Part shown: positions 26,280 to 33,198 of the stretch, one piece after another
How positions within the stretch are numbered: the first letter of the stretch is position 1
Layout: each line of letters begins with the position of its first letter
Virus record (IMG/VR): IMGVR_UViG_3300004112_000013
Location: 1 to 33,198 of that record
Strand: one strand, 5' to 3'
Length of the DNA: 33,198 nucleotides
Origin: a virus
Lineage: Duplodnaviria; Caudoviricetes
The notes under the pieces: generated by a model
What the model was told of the DNA's origin: nothing
What the model saw: the letters and a program-made list of their open reading frames with translations, nothing else
Database searches by the model: none
Program-made: the position numbers and the translations under genes

Positions 26280-28616
26280 ATGAAAACCTACAATGGAATG
26301 TATTTAGGTATATGTATTAACAACAACGATCCTCAAAAAAGAGGAAGAGTTCAAGTGTTTGTTCCTCATATCATGCCTGCATTGTATGAAGGATGGAACG
26401 AGCAAGAAGCCGACATTGACATAACGTGCGTTGGAGAAAATTTAGTAAACGGGATGACGAGCGATCTCATCAACAGACTTTCCGTTATTTTACCTTGGGC
26501 AGAAGCAGCATCTCCTATCATGGGACCATCCGCTCCAGGTGCTTTAGCTGTAATGGAATCTGCTGATGGCAAATCAATTCAAGCTGGGGACTTTAATCAA
26601 TCTCCAGTTCCTGATCCAAAAGAATACGGAGCTATAACTCCTTATTTAAATGAGATTATGAATTATGCTGGAACTGACGCTAGAGGAAATGAGGTGAAGG
26701 CATCTATAGGTACTAGCCAAGGTTCGAGAAATTGCGCAAGAGGTGTTGCTGCTAGTTTTGGAGCTGATGGTATTCCTCAGTTTATGGATATTGATAAAAA
26801 CGGTGGATGTGGATTCAACGCAAGAGAGTTAGCCTTAGGAGGAGGAAACGAACATCTCTTAACAAACACTGGCTTTTTTAAAGCTCCTGTTAAAATTGGC
26901 AATTCAGTTGCCGATTTTTCGTCTACATACAAACCAAAAAACGGAGATGTAATTGCTGCCTCAGGAGGAAGCGTTAGCCCCAAAGACAAAGAACGATGGG
27001 GACACGTTCAAAGATATCATGATCCACCCGGAGTATGGATAAGTGATTTTATACAGGGTGGAATTTTAGATAAGCCAAACAGCAATTCTTCCTACGAGGA
27101 TAGATATACAAATTTTACTTTGTATGAAGCAACTCCTGAAGGACAAGCGTTGTTCGACGCTAAAAAACTAGCAACTGTTGGAAAAAAAGCGCAATTGACT
27201 AAAGAGTATACTAGCGTAAGCGGAGAAGTGGATGCACAAGGAATACAAAGCTCTTCTAATCCTGTTAATCAAGACCCATCAAGTCCTTTGTATGGAAGTG
27301 CAGCCAATCCGGATTTGACAGTAAACACAACAGACAATGCTAATAACTATTCTCCTCAAGAACTTAGGTTTGCTATGATGATTGCTGCAGCAGAATCTGG
27401 AGCTGGAGTAATGCCTGTTGAATATGTAACAAAAGAAACACAAGATGTTCCACTAGCAATAGGATACTCGTGGGGGTATGGCCCAGGAATGACCGAGTCC
27501 GAGACTAGAGCAAAAGGACTAGAAGTCATTAAAGCAGGCGCTTCTGCTCGCACCAAAGGAGAGAAAGCCAAACCGTTCACATGGGACAAAGTAGATTTTG
27601 GATATCATCAATCAAACAGAGAAGATGGAGCTAAAACTGACGGAACATACGAAGAGCAAACATATTCTACAATTAATTTGTTGAGAACCATAAATGACAA
27701 TCCAAAATATGCGCAACAGATGAGAGACTCGATAAACTCCGGAGAATATTCAAAAGCGATTGAAATATTAACGACTCGGTCATTAACTCCTGGAACTCAA
27801 TATTATGCTTTAAACTCTGAAGAAGGACAAAGGAAAATAAGAGAGCTAAATGATAAAATAGAAACTGAATATAACGGTGACGTAAAGGCCGCACTTGCTG
27901 GGATCAACAAACAACTACCTACAATTCCTACTATGGAAGAATTGATTGCAAACGGAGGACAAATTGACAGCGATACTTTAAAATCCATAGCTGAAACAAA
28001 TACAACCATGGTAGCAAATATCGATGCACACGGAACTATGTCTTCAATTAATTTAAACAATAAGGCTAAAGGATTGTTTACTTATCCGTCAGGAGGAGCA
28101 ATGTTATGGGTATTTTTTAGGGAAGGCAATCCGCAATTTCCTGTGTATTTTGCAGCAAGCTATTCTCAAGCTGAGTGGGCAAGTGCGTATCGCTATGGCT
28201 CTAACGGTCCAGGTTATAAACCAGCAACAACCGATGAGGATAAGCTAGCATCAGTTGGTGGAGTTTGGAACACAGGTGTTGGAGGACTTGAGTGGTTATC
28301 TCAAACGGATCCAACTAATTTTTTAAACGACGAAAAAAGCATCACGTTATTTGGAGAAGATGGATCAAAACTTGCTATGAAAATGGGTTGCTGCGACTTC
28401 TTTTCTAAGTTTGATAGAAGAGATCATGTCGAAGGAGATAGGTTTGTTAGAACGCTTGGTTATAAAGAAGAGTGGATTCAAGGCAGTAACAACAGAACAA
28501 TAATGGGACACCACACTGAAAAAATAGGAAATTGCTCTCAGGCAGCAGTTGATGCAGTAGAGCAAATACAAAAACTATTGCTAGAGATTCACGAGCCTTT
28601 AACAAGAAAAACGTAA
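26280..28616 (+). CDS. gp5/VgrG-like baseplate hub/spike protein with inserted CHAP/NlpC-P60-like and lysozyme-like domains
   Basis: OB-fold halves YLGICINNNDPQKRGRVQVFVP...LPWAE and GLFTYPSGGAMLWVFFREGNPQFPVYFA; insert carries CARGV / PKNGDVI / WGHVQ / WISDFIQ and MIAAAESG / DFGYHQSN; C-terminal VEGD/IQGS/IMGH beta-helix-like repeats. Confidence 0.8.
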   Translation: MKTYNGMYLGICINNNDPQKRGRVQVFVPHIMPALYEGWNEQEADIDITCVGENLVNGMTSDLINRLSVILPWAEAASPIMGPSAPGALAVMESADGKSIQAGDFNQSPVPDPKEYGAITPYLNEIMNYAGTDARGNEVKASIGTSQGSRNCARGVAASFGADGIPQFMDIDKNGGCGFNARELALGGGNEHLLTNTGFFKAPVKIGNSVADFSSTYKPKNGDVIAASGGSVSPKDKERWGHVQRYHDPPGVWISDFIQGGILDKPNSNSSYEDRYTNFTLYEATPEGQALFDAKKLATVGKKAQLTKEYTSVSGEVDAQGIQSSSNPVNQDPSSPLYGSAANPDLTVNTTDNANNYSPQELRFAMMIAAAESGAGVMPVEYVTKETQDVPLAIGYSWGYGPGMTESETRAKGLEVIKAGASARTKGEKAKPFTWDKVDFGYHQSNREDGAKTDGTYEEQTYSTINLLRTINDNPKYAQQMRDSINSGEYSKAIEILTTRSLTPGTQYYALNSEEGQRKIRELNDKIETEYNGDVKAALAGINKQLPTIPTMEELIANGGQIDSDTLKSIAETNTTMVANIDAHGTMSSINLNNKAKGLFTYPSGGAMLWVFFREGNPQFPVYFAASYSQAEWASAYRYGSNGPGYKPATTDEDKLASVGGVWNTGVGGLEWLSQTDPTNFLNDEKSITLFGEDGSKLAMKMGCCDFFSKFDRRDHVEGDRFVRTLGYKEEWIQGSNNRTIMGHHTEKIGNCSQAAVDAVEQIQKLLLEIHEPLTRKT

Positions 28617-28630
28617 TTCAATAATATTTT

Positions 28631-30055
28631 ATGGCAGAACAAAGAAAAGTAATATGTCCTTTTTGTGAAGGAAAAGTTTTAGCAAAAAATGAGGCAAGAG
28701 AAACTTCTTCTCTTCAAGGATTTATTCAAAGATATACCTCTATTGTTATACCAACAGGGGTGCAACAATACCTCAAGTCAATTACTCCAGTCAATAAAAG
28801 TTCTATACATAAAGACAAATGTCCGAGATGTGGAAACTCCAGAACAATTGTCGACCCAGCAGACGATTCTGCTCGTTATGCTGAAGTAGAATCAAGAGCA
28901 TCAACAAATCAAGAAAAAATCACAGAACTGGAAAAATTACTAGCTCCGCCTGGAGGAAACAGACATACCATTCTACAAGGAAATGATTTTTTAGAAGTTG
29001 GCTTAGGCATAAACATGGTCCCTTCATACAGAGTAGTGGAAAACGGAGGTGTACGAAACAAAGGATTAATTGACCCAAGCAAAATAAACCCTGACGTAGC
29101 AGGACCTCAAATTCCAGAAGGAGCGACAGCAAATCACATACAAGGATGGAGTCCGCTTCCTTCTCCTGGAGGGAATTACATTATAAAATGCGCCAACAAA
29201 TTTACACTTATTTCGGGAGCACATGGTGTTGAAATACAAACAGGCGGGCCCATCACATTTAATGGAGGCATTACTAAAATAATTGGAGCAGAAATTGCAA
29301 TAGGATCACAGTCTGGCAGGGTCGCTATTTCAGGAGATGTGGTAGATATAGGCGGCAAAAGCGTAGAGGTTGCTCCTACTGACGGTCATTTTTTTGTAAA
29401 AGGAACTATTAGCAATACTGGTAATGTAATGGTCGGAGGACATACACACTCCGAAAGCATATCTTTTGTTAAAGGAGAATGTGTTGGGACTAACGGTCAC
29501 ACCAAAATTGCAGCTCCTAGTGATTTGTACACAGGTCCTGCTTTTTGGGGAGGGGTTGGAGTAGAGGGAGTAACCGCCTCGCTAAAAGATTTGATGGGAT
29601 TTACTTTGAGCAAGTCAACAAATCCTGTAGAAGCACAACAGTTATTGACTCCTAGATTCATGCAAACGCTGACAGATAAAATTGCAGCGCTCTCGTACAA
29701 TATGAGACCTTGGGAAGCGAAACCGACCGGCTTTATTTTGCCTGGAACGTTTATTGGATATGCTCTTGGTTTTCTTCCGGTGGTTACTTACAATCCAGTT
29801 TCTGTTTATAACTTTCCTCACACTCATGCTTTGCACGATATGGCTCATTATCATGAAGTCAGGCTTCCTAAACTTGATTATTCTGCAGATACAGCAGCTC
29901 AATTGAGAGCAAAGCAAGGAGGAGTTTCAGCATCAGCTCCACTTCATAAAACTTCAGGTAAGGCATCAAATGTTGCTACTTCGTTATTTAAGTCAATGTA
30001 CTCTCTTTTGACTACTTGGCCAACAGTTGGTGGATCAGGAGTAATGAAAAAATAG
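28631..30055 (+). CDS. probable spike/needle C-terminal-type protein with CxxC pair and HxH motifs
   Basis: 14 nt after the gp5-like gene; CPFC...CPRC; Gly-rich beta-strand repeats; GGHTHSE and PHTHALHDMAHYHE. Confidence 0.6.
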   Translation: MAEQRKVICPFCEGKVLAKNEARETSSLQGFIQRYTSIVIPTGVQQYLKSITPVNKSSIHKDKCPRCGNSRTIVDPADDSARYAEVESRASTNQEKITELEKLLAPPGGNRHTILQGNDFLEVGLGINMVPSYRVVENGGVRNKGLIDPSKINPDVAGPQIPEGATANHIQGWSPLPSPGGNYIIKCANKFTLISGAHGVEIQTGGPITFNGGITKIIGAEIAIGSQSGRVAISGDVVDIGGKSVEVAPTDGHFFVKGTISNTGNVMVGGHTHSESISFVKGECVGTNGHTKIAAPSDLYTGPAFWGGVGVEGVTASLKDLMGFTLSKSTNPVEAQQLLTPRFMQTLTDKIAALSYNMRPWEAKPTGFILPGTFIGYALGFLPVVTYNPVSVYNFPHTHALHDMAHYHEVRLPKLDYSADTAAQLRAKQGGVSASAPLHKTSGKASNVATSLFKSMYSLLTTWPTVGGSGVMKK

Positions 30056-30059
30056 GTTA

Positions 30060-30524
30060 TTAACGTAACATTTGAATGTAATAAGAAATAACTTTTTTAG
30101 CAGTTTCAACTGGATTATTTTCAACTTCAAATAAAGGTATGCTGTTAATCATATTAATGCACTGCAAATAATTTGCAGCTTTTTCTTTATCTATTACAAA
30201 AACGTTCTCAGAAAGAGAAGCAAAAGCATTACACTCATTTTTTATGGAATCCGAAGTCAATGCTTCTATTTGAGTTAACGCAACATTTTCTATTTTTTGA
30301 GAAATAGAACTAAGTTGTTGCCCAGCAGTAAAAGGACAAAAATTTTCAGGACACTTTAAGTCCGCAAAAGATACAGTTTGACGGTTTTCACCTAAATATT
30401 CACGTTTAAGTCTGTCAAAAGGATGTACTGGAATACTTGAAACAGAAGCCTCGTATGTTTCTCTTGTTTGTTTTATTGTAGAGAGCAGCTGTTGAATTGT
30501 AGAATTAATTTCAGAAGCATTCAT
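30060..30524 (-). CDS. hypothetical protein
   Basis: 154-aa ORF convergent with the spike-like gene (4-nt gap). Confidence 0.7.
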   Translation of the reverse strand: MNASEINSTIQQLLSTIKQTRETYEASVSSIPVHPFDRLKREYLGENRQTVSFADLKCPENFCPFTAGQQLSSISQKIENVALTQIEALTSDSIKNECNAFASLSENVFVIDKEKAANYLQCINMINSIPLFEVENNPVETAKKVISYYIQMLR

Positions 30525-30553
30525 TTGTCTAAAGCGTTAATATTTGTACTTTA

Positions 30554-31105
30554 CTATGTTTTTTGTAAATTGCAATGGTTGATTTTATCTCTTAAAAATA
30601 ATTCCCACTGCTCATGGTGATTCGCAATATCTTTTTGTTTATGTTGTGTATAAATTTCTTTGGATACTTTACGATAAAATTCAGGAGTAGGAGAACCCTT
30701 CCTCTCTACTCTTACTTTTAAATGTTCGTAAAAAAAAGACAACGAAATCAAAGCTTTGCTTGAAAAAGTTAAACCTCGATCGAACAACAGACAGGGTATT
30801 ACGTTTTTTGGTTTATTGTAAAATTGATAGATCGTTAAAGCAACTCGTTGGCATTCATCTTCAGACTCAGCAAATGACGCTGTAGAACACATTAAATATA
30901 ACATATCAACCGAATTTGACGTTAGTACTGTTTTATTGTTTGTTTGTGTTAGCGTATTTCCTATAGCTTGCTGAAGGGAATTTCTAATAAAAGGATCTTC
31001 TTCATAAAAATTTTGAATAATGCTACGATCATTTTCTTTGTACAGTTCATTAATCAAAAAAGAGTCATTTTGAGATGTATTGTTAGGGTTTATTTTTTTG
31101 AACAT
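30554..31105 (-). CDS. hypothetical helical protein
   Basis: Start at 31105 (MFKKINP) or 31117; overlaps the phoH stop. Confidence 0.7.
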   Translation of the reverse strand: MFKKINPNNTSQNDSFLINELYKENDRSIIQNFYEEDPFIRNSLQQAIGNTLTQTNNKTVLTSNSVDMLYLMCSTASFAESEDECQRVALTIYQFYNKPKNVIPCLLFDRGLTFSSKALISLSFFYEHLKVRVERKGSPTPEFYRKVSKEIYTQHKQKDIANHHEQWELFLRDKINHCNLQKT

Positions 31106-31853
31106 TATAATTTTCAATTTGTTCGATAATAAACTTTAATAGTTCAGATCTCATAATATCTTCCTTTCCAAATTCTATACAATACATTCCATTGTTTTGA
31201 GCTTCGTTTGTGTTAAAAACGTCAAACATTGGTTTGAATCCAGAACTTTCTTTATGTTTTAAGTCAGATTGCATTGGATCGCCAAGAATAAAAAACTTGC
31301 TAAATTTACCTATACGAGTGATTACAGTAGTAAGCTCTTTGAAATCGAAGTTTTGACCCTCATCTACTATTACAACATTGGCGTTATATGATGCTCCTCT
31401 CAAATAATTTACTGGTGCTGGCTTCAGCCGTTCATCAGCAAATAATTTTTTAATGTCTCCTGTAGGCAGAAATTCTTCTAATTTGTCTACTAATGGTGTA
31501 ATATAAGGTTTAAGCTTATCTTCAGCTAACCCTGGTAAAAACCCCATAGAATGTGATGAGCTTTCTACTAAAGATCTAACATATACAATTTCGCTTGCTC
31601 TTTTTTGGTTTAATAGTTGAAGAGCGCAGAATACAGCCAAAGCAGTTTTAGAACACCCTGCAGGACCACTTAAAAACACAACTCTCGTTTCTTTTGATGT
31701 TGCTAATTGTATAAAAGCTTTTTGTTTATCTGTCCATTCTAGCCCTCTTATATTTAAATCAAAATTAATTTTTTCCCTTTGATGAACTCTAGGTGAAGTA
31801 TCTTTTGGTTGTATTTCACTTTGAGACTTCTGCTTTCCTTTAGGTTTTTTCAT
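31083..31853 (-). CDS. phoH: PhoH-like ATPase
   Basis: LSGPAGCSKT (Walker A), MGFLPG..EDKLKPY, YLRGASY, IVDEGQN, TRIG, GDPMQSDL, EDIMRS; TAAATA 19 nt upstream (31873-31878). Confidence 0.93.
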   Translation of the reverse strand: MKKPKGKQKSQSEIQPKDTSPRVHQREKINFDLNIRGLEWTDKQKAFIQLATSKETRVVFLSGPAGCSKTALAVFCALQLLNQKRASEIVYVRSLVESSSHSMGFLPGLAEDKLKPYITPLVDKLEEFLPTGDIKKLFADERLKPAPVNYLRGASYNANVVIVDEGQNFDFKELTTVITRIGKFSKFFILGDPMQSDLKHKESSGFKPMFDVFNTNEAQNNGMYCIEFGKEDIMRSELLKFIIEQIENYNVQKNKP

Positions 31854-31894
31854 AGTTTATATTTTTAACATTTATTTAAATGTTATAGATACTT

Positions 31895-32260
31895 ATGGCT
31901 TTTTCATTAAATAATAACATGAGAATTCCTTTTACAATTAACGACAGCAAATTCGAACATAATAATGCTCGAGTTAAATTCTCGTTTACTTCTCCCGAAT
32001 TGCATCAAAATATAGAAATATCATTAGATGGCAATGACACTTCAGTCGAAGCTTTGCTGGACGCGTTTCAGCGCTTTTTAGGTGCACTTGGGATTTGCGT
32101 TCCAGAAGATGTCGTTTTAGGATTTGTCCAAATGCACGATTTAGACAACGACGACGATGAAGATGATGAAGATGATGACGAGGACGATCAAGAAGACGAT
32201 GACGACGACGACGAGGGCTCAAGCGGAAGCGCAGACCAACACAAAGGCAAAAAACACTAA
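31895..32260 (+). CDS. small protein with long Asp/Glu tail
   Basis: Folded-looking N-terminal part (…VEALLDAFQRFLGALG…) followed by DNDDDEDDEDDDEDDQEDDDDDDE. Confidence 0.8.
   Translation: MAFSLNNNMRIPFTINDSKFEHNNARVKFSFTSPELHQNIEISLDGNDTSVEALLDAFQRFLGALGICVPEDVVLGFVQMHDLDNDDDEDDEDDDEDDQEDDDDDDEGSSGSADQHKGKKH
32138..32215 (+). repeat. GAY/GAR trinucleotide-like coding repeat (poly-Asp/Glu)
   Basis: gacaacgacgacgatgaagatgatgaagatgatgacgaggacgatcaagaagacgatgacgacgacgacgag. Confidence 0.9.
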
Positions 32261-32264
32261 ATAT

Positions 32265-33198
32265 ATGAGCAAAGGATTTTCAACGCTACAGCAAGTTTAT
32301 GAAAATTCAATTCAAAGTCAAACTGCAAATAAACGCAACAAATCTGCTCCTTCCAATTTAAAGCAAGCATATAATATTATTTTAGAAAAAACAGCTCTTT
32401 ACTCGAAAGAATACCCAAATGATTTAGAAGAACCTCCAGAAGAAAACGGGTTTAAAACATTGGGATTTGTCGAAAATCCACAAAAAATACAAGATATAGT
32501 TCAAGGAGTTGCTTTAAGACCAGCTCTGTTTGATTTATTTAAAAATGGTGGGTGGAATCAAAACAGCAAAACAACAATTAGAGATTTCGACATTAGTTTT
32601 TTAACTCCATTGTCTCAAAAAATGGCACAATCGAAAATTACTAATACGAGTGTTAGGGAAATAATTTTTAACAAAAAAAATCTTCACCACACAGAAAAAC
32701 AAATCGAGTCACAACAGCCTTTTAATTTATTTGCTTCTATAAAACAAGATTTACCAAATCTTACCGATGAATTACTAGAACTGTGTTATTCCCGGTCAGG
32801 CAAAACCACAAACGATGTGGGGTTTGGAGATGCTGAAGTTTTATTTACTTTGTTCACAAATGCATCAAAAGGTGAAAGTGAAGGAGATTTATTTTTTCCG
32901 AACATTCAAAAAGTAGAAGTTAAAGCAAGCGGAGGAAGAATAGGCAAGCCTCAAACAGGAGATACTTCTTTTAAAGACAACATTATACGATTTTTGAAGT
33001 CTATAAATAAATTCGGTACATCAACTTCAAAACAACAAACGGACAGTGAAATAGAAAAAATTTCCGATGAGTTAAAATTAATAACCGACTCTGAAGACTA
33101 CAAAAAAACTTTTAGTAGTCTTTTAACAAATTTTCTGATTGATTTCTCAACAAGTCTCAAAGGAAAAGATATAAGAAAAGACAAAAAACTAAAATATA
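32265..33198 (+). CDS. 5' part of a large protein with a PD-(D/E)xK nuclease-like motif; runs off the window
   Basis: Manual translation is open from ATG 32265 to the end: MSKGFSTLQQVYEN...LKQAYNIILEK...VGFGDAEVLFTLF...EGDLFFPNIQKVEVKASGGRIG. Missing from the track because it has no stop in the window. Confidence 0.7.
   Translation, partial: MSKGFSTLQQVYENSIQSQTANKRNKSAPSNLKQAYNIILEKTALYSKEYPNDLEEPPEENGFKTLGFVENPQKIQDIVQGVALRPALFDLFKNGGWNQNSKTTIRDFDISFLTPLSQKMAQSKITNTSVREIIFNKKNLHHTEKQIESQQPFNLFASIKQDLPNLTDELLELCYSRSGKTTNDVGFGDAEVLFTLFTNASKGESEGDLFFPNIQKVEVKASGGRIGKPQTGDTSFKDNIIRFLKSINKFGTSTSKQQTDSEIEKISDELKLITDSEDYKKTFSSLLTNFLIDFSTSLKGKDIRKDKKLKY

Noticed and set aside
8679-29917. Numerous 60-135 aa ORFs nested within or antisense to clpC, the fibres, the gp5-like and spike genes (and 581-775, 4507-4958, 7088-7270)
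   Set aside because: Fully overlapped by longer motif-bearing genes and carry no recognisable motifs; expected shadow ORFs
8100-31853. Bacterial chromosome or prophage interpretation based on clpC, phoH and dCMP deaminase
   Set aside because: These genes are isolated among phage-type genes (Rnl1, YopX, gp5-like hub, fibres), without their usual bacterial operon partners, and no integrase or att site was seen
31986-32222. Arg/His-rich minus-strand ORF
   Set aside because: Antisense/frame shadow of the poly-Asp/Glu tract
1-33198. Stop-codon reassignment, introns or inteins
   Set aside because: Standard code gives near-complete coding density; ClpC, PhoH, Rnl1 and the deaminase have normal lengths; the gp5 insert lacks intein-type C/S...HN ends and LAGLIDADG motifs
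1-33198. tRNA or rRNA genes
   Set aside because: Intergenic gaps are nearly all under 85 nt, and none shows a cloverleaf or TTCGA T-loop in a suitable context

Overview
AT-rich, densely coded 33-kb segment of a large lytic myovirus-type (T4-like/jumbo) phage genome. It is not a bacterial chromosome. Left third (1-7620, + strand): short, often overlapping early-type ORFs, including YopX and an internally collapsed YopX-like mini-ORF, followed by CX5R cysteine phosphatase - calcineurin-like metallophosphoesterase - T4 Rnl1-like RNA ligase, a candidate RNA repair module with no kinase in view. Middle: a full-length phage-encoded ClpC, dCMP deaminase, a HExxH protein, a second metallophosphoesterase, and three large minus-strand fibre/adhesin genes (one with Pro/Thr linkers, two tandem paralogues). 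Right: a gp5/VgrG-like hub whose OB-fold is interrupted by two putative cell-wall hydrolase domains, a separate His-rich spike-like partner, PhoH, an acidic-tailed protein and a truncated PD-(D/E)xK-like ORF. A TAA(A/G/T)TA hexamer lies 5-19 nt upstream of many structural/late-type genes, and no Shine-Dalgarno motifs are evident. A PVC (Verrucomicrobia-like) host is tentatively inferred. No tRNA, rRNA, CRISPR array, integrase or transposase was seen. All family calls come from motif recognition by eye; no database search was run.
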